Below, piece by piece: positions 9,376-19,800 of a stretch of DNA of 43,673 nt. The notes under the pieces were generated by a model. It saw only the letters and a list, made by a program, of their open reading frames with translations. It was not told the DNA's origin and did not search any database. Every line of letters begins with the position of its first letter. Position 1 is the first letter of the stretch. A program made the position numbers and the translations under genes. This stretch comes from a virus. Its lineage: Duplodnaviria > Caudoviricetes. The stretch spans positions 1 through 43,673 of IMG/VR virus record IMGVR_UViG_3300020042_005083; one strand, 5' to 3'.

Positions 9376-10572
9376 ATGATGGCTGTCACACAAGCAAATG
9401 ATTTTCTTGCCAGAGCGGTAGCAAATAATCCCTCACTCCAAGCCGCTATTGCAGCGGGGCAAGCCAAGAACAAGGCCAAGCAAGAACGCACCGCTGGCCT
9501 TGCTTTGTTGTCTCAGCAACTTGGTGGGCAAGCCTCTAGTTATGGGTTTAGTTGGAAAGGCAACAGATCAGCCGACTTCCACCAAGGTAAGATGGCAAAA
9601 ATCTTGTATGACAAGGGTGTTCGTAGCCTGTCAGACCTTGGGTTTTCTAAAGACGGCAAGCAACTGATCAACAAAAATACTGGTCAGGTCATTCCCCATT
9701 ACAAAAACAGGAAGATGGGCAAGGATGGCCGCGCCCAGATTGGATGGGAGTCTGGTGGCAAAGGCTTAACCAACTATTACGTACAAGCGGATGCCCAAGG
9801 CAATCCGGTGTTTACTCCCAAGTGGAAGAGCAATGCTCCCGGTGGGATTGGTGGAGCAATCCTTAAATATGCCGCCCCTGTCATTGGGGCAGTTAATCCA
9901 CTTGCTGGCGCAGCAGTAGGTGCGGCATTGGGGTTGGCGCAAGGTCAGAAGTTTGGGGATATTGCCAAGGGCGCAGCGTTAAACTATGGGTTGAGTAGTC
10001 TTGGGAGACTGGGTAGCAACTTTGCCACCGCAAACTTGCCAATGATCGGGAATGCTGGCATTACAAACGCCATAGCGGATTCGTTGGGTGGGGCCGCAGC
10101 GGGTGGCATTAGGGGTCTGGCAACTGGGCAAAACCCATTTCAATCCGCTTTGACTGGTGCAGCCACCTCCGCTGTTGGTTCTGGTATTGGTCAGTTAGTC
10201 GGTCAGATTCCTAGTACAGGTAACGCCACTCTCGATAAGTTTCTTCAAGCCGGGGCGCAGCGCGGTTTGGGCAGCGCAATTGGCCCTGCGTTTGCTGGAC
10301 TCTTTGGCGGTTCTGGCGGCATCAATACTGGCATGGCAAACCAGACTGGTTTCCCACAAAATAGTCCCCAGAATCAAGGCGGCAATCAGGGATTTGGCTC
10401 CATCCCGACAATGGGCTCTGGCAATATGGCGAATTTCTTGCAGTTGGTTAACTCCATACCGCAACCCACTGCCCCTGCTTTTGCTGGCCCCCAGTTTAAT
10501 GTTGCACAGGCATTTGAGCCAACCGCACAGAAGTCGCAAAACTTCATGCCGTCAACCAACAATTTTGCATAA
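9376..10572 (+). CDS. Putative internal virion / DNA ejection protein
   Basis: 398 aa, long Gly/Ala-rich hydrophobic stretch, position after the tail genes. Confidence 0.55.
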   Translation: MMAVTQANDFLARAVANNPSLQAAIAAGQAKNKAKQERTAGLALLSQQLGGQASSYGFSWKGNRSADFHQGKMAKILYDKGVRSLSDLGFSKDGKQLINKNTGQVIPHYKNRKMGKDGRAQIGWESGGKGLTNYYVQADAQGNPVFTPKWKSNAPGGIGGAILKYAAPVIGAVNPLAGAAVGAALGLAQGQKFGDIAKGAALNYGLSSLGRLGSNFATANLPMIGNAGITNAIADSLGGAAAGGIRGLATGQNPFQSALTGAATSAVGSGIGQLVGQIPSTGNATLDKFLQAGAQRGLGSAIGPAFAGLFGGSGGINTGMANQTGFPQNSPQNQGGNQGFGSIPTMGSGNMANFLQLVNSIPQPTAPAFAGPQFNVAQAFEPTAQKSQNFMPSTNNFA

Positions 10573-10582
10573 GAGGTAAATC

Positions 10583-12172
10583 ATGAGTTATCTTGACGAC
10601 CTTATGGGCAGTGGTGCTCCATCATTTGATTTCAACTTGGATTTAAGTAATATTGGAAGTGGGACGCCGAAGTACAGTTTCAGCGACCCTAAGAATTTGA
10701 TTCCCTATGCTACGGATGAACAACTGTATGATCCTGCCAATCAGGGGTTCTATGGCATACCTTATGCAACAGATGAGGAATTGTCTGATAAAGCCAATCA
10801 GGGCTTTTACGGTCGCGCCTCGCAGCCAGCACCCCCTCCCGAAGAGGAGTGGTATACCAAACTCTTGAAGTCTCTGAAGGGTGGTCTTGCAAAGAAAGCA
10901 TCCTCTCCTGAAGGCATTGCGGAACTGGCGCAGATTTTTATGGCGGCTAGAGGGATGTTTGACAAAGACTTCATTACTCCCAAGAAGGATGGATTGCAAA
11001 CTCCAATTAGCACGACGATGACGGCAAGTCGGGGGAAGCCAAAACAACAACCATATATTCCATATTCCAGTCAGCCGACGATGGGGCAAGATTACGGCGT
11101 TTCTGATGTCACTTATGCAGCCAAAGGCGGGATCATGGGCCTACAGCAAAAAGATGGGCGGTACTTGCGAGGCCCAACTGACGGGATGGCTGATGAGATT
11201 GAAACGGACATTGATGGCAAGCATCCAGCCAGACTGAGCCACGGTGAATTTGTGTGGCCCGCAGATGTGGTTGCACACTTTGGGAATGGCAACTCTGAAG
11301 CAGGGGCAGAGGTGCTCAAAAAAATGATGGAGCGTGTTCGTAGGGCGCGGACAGGTAACCCCAAGCAAGGCAAACAAATCGACCCAGAGAAGTTTATGCC
11401 GAAGGTCATGAAGGCCTCAAGCGGTGGCATTGCAGCCTACGCAGGTGGTGGCCCAGTGGCGTTTGCAGAAGGCGGTAATGTTGTTCAAGAACAAACTTTA
11501 AGCAATTGGGCTGCTCCCGCGCTCAGTGACATTGCTTCGAGAAGCCTTGCATTGTCTAAACAAGTCACCCCTGTTTATCAAGGCCCATTGACCGCAGGCA
11601 CTTCTCCGTTGCAGGGACAAGCGTTTAGCAATCTCGGCAAGTTGACTGGTTCAATGAACGACTTTGGCACCGTTCAAAGTTACATGAACCCGTACATCAA
11701 CGATGTGATGAAGCAGCAGTCGGATGAGGCGAGGCGTCAGGCTGCCATTACTCAGACAGGGATCAACTCACAAGCCACCCAGCAAAACGCTTTTGGTGGC
11801 AGTCGGTCAGCCATCATGGGGGCAGAGAATAATCGTAACCTTGGAACCACGCTGGCAAACATCCAGTCTTCTGGTTTAAACAGGGCATACGACAACGCCA
11901 TGAATCAGCAAGTGCAAGCAGGCCGGTACGGTCTTGATGTTTACGGCGCTCAGTTGGGTGCGGGCGGTACTCAGCGAGCCAATGAACAACAGGGCATTGA
12001 TGCTCGAAGGGCTCAGTTTGAAGCGCAAGTGGCTGATCCAATGAAGCGTTTGCAGTTTGCCAAAGACATCTTCTCGGGCCTTCCAATTCAGACCAACAAC
12101 ACCAACGTCAACTATTCAAGTCAGGATAACCTGATCAATCAGTTGAATCAGATGCTTCCATATCTTAGGTAA
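10583..12172 (+). CDS. Putative internal virion / DNA pilot protein
   Basis: GAGG RBS; LRGPTDGMAD...RLSHGEFV domain; Q/A-rich C-terminus with YMNPY and AFGGSR motifs. Confidence 0.6.
   Translation: MSYLDDLMGSGAPSFDFNLDLSNIGSGTPKYSFSDPKNLIPYATDEQLYDPANQGFYGIPYATDEELSDKANQGFYGRASQPAPPPEEEWYTKLLKSLKGGLAKKASSPEGIAELAQIFMAARGMFDKDFITPKKDGLQTPISTTMTASRGKPKQQPYIPYSSQPTMGQDYGVSDVTYAAKGGIMGLQQKDGRYLRGPTDGMADEIETDIDGKHPARLSHGEFVWPADVVAHFGNGNSEAGAEVLKKMMERVRRARTGNPKQGKQIDPEKFMPKVMKASSGGIAAYAGGGPVAFAEGGNVVQEQTLSNWAAPALSDIASRSLALSKQVTPVYQGPLTAGTSPLQGQAFSNLGKLTGSMNDFGTVQSYMNPYINDVMKQQSDEARRQAAITQTGINSQATQQNAFGGSRSAIMGAENNRNLGTTLANIQSSGLNRAYDNAMNQQVQAGRYGLDVYGAQLGAGGTQRANEQQGIDARRAQFEAQVADPMKRLQFAKDIFSGLPIQTNNTNVNYSSQDNLINQLNQMLPYLR
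10700..10813 (+). repeat. Two tandem 57-bp coding repeats
   Basis: IPYATDEQLYDPANQGFYG / IPYATDEELSDKANQGFYG. Confidence 0.9.
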
Positions 12173-12174
12173 CC

Positions 12175-13827
12175 ATGAGAACGGAAATGAATAACTCCTA
12201 TCCTTCCGCACTCCCCGCTGCAACTAAGTTGTTTTTGGATGCTCTGCAAGCCGGGGGCAAACTCACTTCCCCCACGGGGCCGACAGTCCTTGGTCAAGCA
12301 GGCGCTCAGATGGGGGTGAATCCCCAACAAGGGGCTCCAGCAGAGCCAGAACAACAAGGCATCGCTGCCATTCTGGATCAGGCGCAACAGGCTGGCCCCT
12401 CGGTTGCCAATAATCAGGCAATGATGCAGCAGCAGCAGTTAGTGGATCAAGCAGCCAATCAAGCCGCTCCAGCGGCTGCTCAGATGTTGCAACAACAACC
12501 TCAACAGCCACAAGGCATGGCTCATGGTGGTCTTGCTGCCATTCCTTCTCACATTCAAGAGTTTAAGGAAGGTGGGGTGATTGGGTATGCTGGCCCTGAG
12601 GGAAGTTATGTTGATCCATATTCTTTATATCTATCGTCTTTGAGGCCGAGTCAGGACTCCTCGACAAATATGGCAGAGCGTCCAGCCCCCGAAGAAGCAA
12701 CTTCAGAAATCGGTGATTTTTTTAGGGGGATTACGGAACTTGCTGGTCGGGCCAATAAGTTGAGGCAGCAACGAGATGAGGCAACCCCCTCTATATTTAC
12801 CTCCCTCACACCAACAGAACGAGCGCAAAAGGCGGCTACTCTGAAAGGTGTTGAAGCGCAAATAGCGTCACTATATGACCCCGCAGAAAGTGCTGCGCGG
12901 GCAATCATGGCTCCTGTCGATAGCAAGCGCCCAGATCAGGCTACCGCGCAAGCGGCCCCGCCCCCTGTGAAACCTGCGCCAAAAACCGCTGCACCGTCCG
13001 CCCCTGCTGCCACTTCATCTAAGACGAGTGTGTCTACACGGGAGAAGATGGGTGACCCGACCGCGCCGGAGCCATCAGGGATCGCAGCGGGCACCCCGTC
13101 CGTTCAAAACTTTGATGATTCGGAAGCGCAAAGGCTGTATAAACTGCGTCAGGCGCAGATTGCCAACAAGCCTGACTTTCAGTCAATGGGGTTGGCTGAT
13201 ATTGCTGCCATGCAGAAGCGCGACGAAGACAGCGCATCGTTCCGTAGATATGCGGCCATCGCTGGCGCTCGCAAACCCGGAATCAACGCTGGTTCATCCA
13301 TGATGGCTGCCGCAGGGCAATTTGCACAGGGTCAGGACGCACTGGCAAATGCAGCAGATGCTGCCAAAACAGCACTTGCTAAGGCCACATACGCAGAGTC
13401 CATTGGTGATACTGATGCGATGTTGAGGTTCCAAAAGGAATTCAACGACAACAAAGTCAAGATGGTCGAGATACGTCAGAGGATGGATTTAGGCATTTAC
13501 GAGCAGCAGCAAGCCAATAAGCGCAACGAAGCAGTCAACGCTATCAGGGCGCAAATGGCTGCAATGGGTAGCGGGGGAGGCAAAAATCTCAAGAACCCAG
13601 TGGATGTTATGAATATTGTTGAAGACAATATGGAAAAATACATGAAGGGTTGGACTGAATCAAGAGAAGGCAGAATGGCGAAAGGCCCAGAACGTGAGGC
13701 CGAGTACAGAAGGCGGAAGTTGGATATGATTTTAGAGATGAAGGCAATGGGCGCAGTTGTTCCTGAAGGCATTGAAAAATTGTTGGGTGGCGGTCAAACG
13801 ACGAGAACTGTTAAACTCAATCCTTAA
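12175..13827 (+). CDS. Putative internal virion / ejection protein
   Basis: 550 aa, Q/A/P-rich with helical regions; immediately precedes the giant protein. Confidence 0.55.
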   Translation: MRTEMNNSYPSALPAATKLFLDALQAGGKLTSPTGPTVLGQAGAQMGVNPQQGAPAEPEQQGIAAILDQAQQAGPSVANNQAMMQQQQLVDQAANQAAPAAAQMLQQQPQQPQGMAHGGLAAIPSHIQEFKEGGVIGYAGPEGSYVDPYSLYLSSLRPSQDSSTNMAERPAPEEATSEIGDFFRGITELAGRANKLRQQRDEATPSIFTSLTPTERAQKAATLKGVEAQIASLYDPAESAARAIMAPVDSKRPDQATAQAAPPPVKPAPKTAAPSAPAATSSKTSVSTREKMGDPTAPEPSGIAAGTPSVQNFDDSEAQRLYKLRQAQIANKPDFQSMGLADIAAMQKRDEDSASFRRYAAIAGARKPGINAGSSMMAAAGQFAQGQDALANAADAAKTALAKATYAESIGDTDAMLRFQKEFNDNKVKMVEIRQRMDLGIYEQQQANKRNEAVNAIRAQMAAMGSGGGKNLKNPVDVMNIVEDNMEKYMKGWTESREGRMAKGPEREAEYRRRKLDMILEMKAMGAVVPEGIEKLLGGGQTTRTVKLNP

Positions 13828-13847
13828 ACCCATACTGAAGAGCCTCT

Positions 13848-16800
13848 ATGTACAATGTCGAACTCCCAGACGGTACGCTAGTACAAGTTCCTGATAATGT
13901 TCCAGAAGATGAGGCTAGGAGAAGGATTCGGAAGCAGTTCCCTCAGTTTGCGGAACCTGCCGACAAGCAAAGCATTCTTCGCCAAGTAGCGGACGTTCCT
14001 CTCGGCATAGCAAGGGGCGCAACGCAAGGTGCCCGAATGATTTCGGACATCTTCGGCGCAGGATCGAAGACCTCACAAAACATTGCCGGGGTCGAAAACT
14101 ACATTGCTGACCTGATGTCGGCTCAGTCCAAGAAGGATCAGCAAGAAATTGCTCGAATCCAGAAAGAGGCTGAAGACAAGGGCATTTGGGATCAAGTCAA
14201 GGCGGGCGCCCGCGCATTTGCCATCGCGCCAATTGATACGCTGTCTTCTGCCGCTGGTACAGCCCTGCCTGTCATCGCGGCAGGTTTGGGTGCTGCCACT
14301 CTGGGTGCTCCTGCTGCTGTGGGCACAGGCATTGCCGCGCTTATGGGCGCTGGTATGGGCGCTGGAACCATTAAGGGTTCTATTTACGAGGCAACTAAAC
14401 AGGCCCTGATAGAAGAGGGTGCCACCCCTCAAGTTGCAGAACAAAAGGCGCTACAAGCGCAAGAATACGGCGGTAAAAACTTAGACCAGATTCTGCTGGG
14501 CACCGTTATCGGCGGCGTGGCGGGTGCTGGCCCTCTGGAGCGAGGCGCCGCCCGCATCTTGTCTGGCCGTATTTTAAACAAGGCAGCCAAAGAATCTGGC
14601 GAGGCAGCAACCAAGAGCACCTTGCGGAACCGTGTTGAGTCCGGTCTGCTAGAAGCCGCCCCGGAAGCCTTGCAAGCAGGTCAGGAGCAGGTTGCTCAAA
14701 ACATTGCCTTGCAACGAGAGGGCATGAATGTCCCCACCTTCCGGGGTGCAGTGGGTGCTGCCACTCTAGAAGGTCTGGCCGGAGCAGGATTGGGCGCAGC
14801 CGTTGGACGTAGGGCTACTCCTCCTGAATTGATGGAAGGGCAGATGGCAGGTGAGACTGCCCGCCAATCCGCAGAGCGTTTACAGCAGGAAATCAATGAT
14901 CTGCAAGGGCTAAAGGCTATTCAAGCCCAGCAAGATGCAGAGGCCCTGCAAACTGGCATCGGCATTGCCACAACGGCCAAGATGCCGCAGCAGGGTGAAA
15001 CTCCGCTGCGTCCACCTCCGCGCCCTTCTGCCATGCAGAGTGATGATTACTCATCGTTACTGGCTCCCAATTTACCTCCTGCCCCAGAGGTAGTAGGCCC
15101 AACAGGCATTGCTTCTGCTGTTTCAACACCTGAGCGTGGTGTTGCTGCTCCATCTTCAATCAGTGGTCGCGCTGCTGTTGATTCAATGATGGTGCCCACG
15201 GACAGGGCTTTGCCAGCCCCAGTTCCTACTGGATATGCTCCCGCTATGGGAGGAATCCAATCTGTCTTGCCACAACGCGCAGATCGTCCCGCCGCAGACA
15301 GGCTGCCTGATTTCAATCAGGTGATGGCTCAGGAGGCTGATCCATTTGTTGCCACGGTGGGCATAGGTGGAGCACTGGGTGGCATCGAGCCAAGTCTGCC
15401 ATCCCGTCCTACAGTGGATGGCACTCCCACGTTTAATCAGTTGATGGCGCAAGACAAAGCCATCGACCGGGGCATTGCTTCTGCTGTTCAAACGGCTATC
15501 CGCAAGAACACGGCGTCTGAGGCTCAAGGCCCAGCAACCCCAATACTTAAACAGCCTGAGCCGACCTTTGTCTCAGGGCTCGACACGATTGTAAAAGGCG
15601 GCAAGGGAAGCCCATCACAGGAAACGGCACAAGGCCCCGCGACCCCAATCATTCCCGTGGTTCCTCCCGCCGCCCCAGAGGCTGGCGTACAAGGCATCAT
15701 CAAGGGTGGCAAAGGACAAGCAGCAGGACAGCAAAACACTGCCCCGGCTACCCCCGTTATGCCCCAAAAGCCCCCGGAATCGGGAGTTTCGGGCGTTATT
15801 AAGGCAGCAGCCGGACAACCATCTACGGTTCAAGGCCCATTGGGCCAGCCCCTGTTGCCTCAGATACAAGAAGCAGGGCTTGCATCTGCCACTAAGGGTG
15901 GTAGGGGAACTCCGACTAAAACTACCAGCCCAAGTAACGTAAACAATCTCAATGTACCGGAGGCGACGGATGAGGCAATTCAGCAGGAACAAGCGCCCGA
16001 AGGAACTGCGACGGATATCGGTACAGCAGGTGGAACAAGCGTTCCTGTGGTTGGTGGACAAGGAGTTGAATCTGCCCCCGCCGGGACTCGAAGACCTAAA
16101 CGGGGAGCAGTGGGAAGTGATCAGCCAGATGCTGGCGGTACTGCTGGCGGAAAGGCAAAGCAATCCCCTGCACTAAAGAAATCACTGGCTGCAACTGAAA
16201 CAGAGCCAGAGCCCGAGATTGAAGATGAGGCAGTCGATAAACAGATCGCCCTAAAGACCAAGCAACTGCAAGCCATCATGCTCAGAATTATGAGCGGCAT
16301 GGGGTTGCGTGATGTTGGTCTGAAGTTGGTCGCCAACATGGATGCGGAAGGCGAGTACGCCAACCAACTGATCACGCTTGCGTTAAACGTCGATAGCCCG
16401 GTTCGTGTGCTGCGGCATGAGTCCATACACGCCATGAAGGCTATGGGGCTCTTCAGCCCCCAGCAGTGGGAGACTCTCAGAAAAGAAGCAAGCACCAAGT
16501 GGATTAAACAGTTCCTTGGTGAAGGTGAGGGCAGCCGCTTTGAGCAGTACCAGAAACTGTTTAAAGATCAAGGCTTGTCTGATGCCGATGCCAATGAGGC
16601 GATGATTGAAGAAGCCATTGCGGATGCCTTTGGTGAATTTGATCTGCGTGGCGCTCCATCTGGCTTGATGTCTGCCATCCTTAAACGGATGCAGAATATG
16701 TTTGCAGCCATCAAGTCTGCATTCGGGGGCACTGAGACTGCGGAGCAAATTCTTCAGCGGGCTGAGAAGGGCAAGTTGCAGGGTAAACAACCTAGCGCAC

Positions 16801-19800
16801 CTAAAGAAGCCGAACAACCCGAAGAACCGGAAGAACCTAAAGCAAGTCTGCGCCGTGCAGCCGTTCCAGACGAAACTGAGATTTCCACTCAGAACCCACA
16901 GGGCGTTAACCGCCGATACGACCCTATTGAGCAGATGCTGTCTATCGACCAGAAAGCGGTCGAAGAGGCAATGGAACTCAATCCCAAACTGTACGATTCA
17001 ATCACAGATGCCATCTTGCGTTATGGCTTTATCCCGCCAGACACCAAGCGCGAAGATGCCATTTCGGTGTTTAAGAAGAACATCGTAAACAATCTGCTCT
17101 TCTTGCATGATGCCATCCCCAAAGACATCGCTAATCGCAGCAAACTTTGGTACGACGGGGCGCACGTCATTGCCAAAGAAATGGGCAAGCAGTACGGCAT
17201 GAAGATGGAGCAGGTGGCTGGCATCTTTGCTGCCATGTCTCCACAGAAGGATTGGTTCCAGAACGTATCAATGGGTGAACGCGCCATTGACATCCTGATT
17301 AACCAAGGAGATGCCACTTGGGACGACAACATGTTGAAGTATGCGGAGAGTTACATCCGCGAACCCAAGGATCGCAAAGAGCGGGAAAAGCGTCAAATCT
17401 TCTTTGACAAAAACATTCGCCAAACCAGCGAAAATCAAACGGCTCTCAAAGACATGGACATCGAAAACGCTGCTGCGTTTATCCGTGCCTTTGACGAAGC
17501 CTACAACTCGCGTCAATATCGCATCGTTACGCCTGAAGGTGGGTTTGCTGGGCTGGTCAACAAGAAAGATGGCGACCCTGCCATCATGACATGGTCAACG
17601 TATGGCCCTATCGAAAAAGCCGTCAGCATTTTCAGAGACCCTAGTCGCAAAAATATCAGCGAACAGTTGGGTGAAGAGCACAAGATTCGCTCCTTCTACA
17701 ACAACATCGCCGCCCCCAACGCCGACATTGACCATGTGACGATTGACACCCATGCGGTAGCCGCTGGTCTGTTTGAGGCTTTGGCTGGTAGCGACACGCC
17801 TGTAGCCGAAAACTTTGGCACAACGGGCGGGACAAATTTGCTGGGGGTTGGCGGCACTTACGGCATCATTGCAGATGCATATCGTGAGGCAGCCAAGGCG
17901 CGAGGTGTTCAAGCCCGTGAGATGCAGTCCATTACTTGGGAGGCCATTCGCGGCTTGTTTACGGAAGAACTCAAGAGCGGCATCAAGCCCAAGGTTCGTG
18001 CCGAGTGGGAAAAGTACAAGGCTGGTGAACAATCGTTTAACGAAGCGCGGGATGCTATTGTTGAGATTGCCAGCAAGAATCGAGATGAAGACTGGCGAGA
18101 CCCAGACTGGATTGACTCAGGCCCCGGCCAGACTGTGGCCGATGGTGGGGCAAGTTACGACAAGGACTTTGTCCCAGAGGGTGGCGTTCGATTGCGTGAA
18201 GAAAGTGTGCTGCGCGAGAAGTTAACGTTTAACTTGTCTTCCGTCACCAACTCAATCCCCGGCCTTAAAGATTTGTACCAAAAGGCCATGTCTGGAGATC
18301 AGGCGGCGTATAGTACCTTGCAAAAGGCAGCAGAAAGTTCACTTAGATATCTGCTTAGTGGAACGTCGGCACGAATCACTGTTGACTACGCCAAAGGCGT
18401 ATATCTGTCTGACCGTGAGCCTTCTATTGCAGCAAAAGTTGCCTTTAGTGAAGAGGATCGCCCAGCAGTTCTGGCGGCTCTTGAACGCTTTGCCAGCAAC
18501 TATAACCAGTATGCCGTTCACGTTAGACAGGGCACAGCGTACCCATTGGGTACTGAGTTTGACGACGGTTCGTATGCAACTGCCGTGTTTACCATTGACC
18601 TTCAAAAGAACTTAACCAATGAGGAAATTGGTCAGGTTTTGACTGAGACCAATCTAGAAGCGTTTACTGTTGTTCCAACCAAAACGCCAAAAGGCATCGT
18701 TAATCAATTGGTTGCCTATTGGTGCAAACTTAATAGCAAACCCCAAGAGGAGCAGGAAGATGATTTCAAACAGTTCAAAGCCAACCTCACGAAAGCCGCC
18801 AAGTTGGTTGGAGTCGCAGGTAAGAAGCCTAGAAAAACAATTGAACGCCTCTTCGTCTACGCAGACGATGACGAACGATCAACCCACACCTACGGGCGAA
18901 TTCGTGGCGACGTTTCACCCAAGCAAGGCGCGGATACAGAAACCCCAAGAATAATTGCTGATTACATTCGGGGTGGCGCGGGCACGGTTGTACCGCCCAA
19001 GAAGTTAAACAAGTTCCAAGTTCTGAGTCAAAAACTGCTTGCTTCTGTGCAAGAGGCCTTGCCTGTCAATGACTTGAAAAAGCCACTTGTCCGAAAGGCT
19101 TACAACGCTGCCAATGTTGAACTAGCAAAACAATTTGCTGCCCTGCCTGTCAAGGTTGAGGTTGTTGACCTTACTGACAAGCCCGGAACCTTTTACTACG
19201 ATGGCACCTACAAATCTGGTACGGCAGCCAAGGGAGAGATTGTTGCCAAGGATGAAGCAGAAGCCCGCGAGCAACTTAAACAGCAAGCCATTGATGTAGA
19301 TAAGATCAGGCAGCGCCCAGAACCTTATGCCAATAGCGCAGAGATGCGTAAGGATGTCAGCAACAACAATGTGCTGAAAATCCTCAAGACCCAAGCAGGT
19401 TCATTTGGCCCTGAAGGTGTTCCGATGTCGGATCATCCTTTGCTGGAGATGTCGGAGTTCAAAGACATCAACAAAGTACCGTTGCTGTACAACGATATGC
19501 TGCGGGCTGTGCATGACTACTACGCACATGGAGTGACCCCAGCAGAGTTTGGCCCTGTCGGTGAAGCCACAGCATGGTTAAACCATATGGCAACCACCAT
19601 GAGTCCTCTGGCCCGATGGGTCATCACGGCAGAGACTCGTTTGCAAAATGCTTGGCAAAACTTCCGTCCGGGCGCGGAAAACATTCCGTTGGCTGACCGT
19701 CCGTATGCCCTGCAAAAGGCGGCATTGCCCCCAGTGCAATTTGCCCTAACGGGCAAGGCAGACATTGATGCTCCTATGCTGGAGTTCATCAACACCCTGA

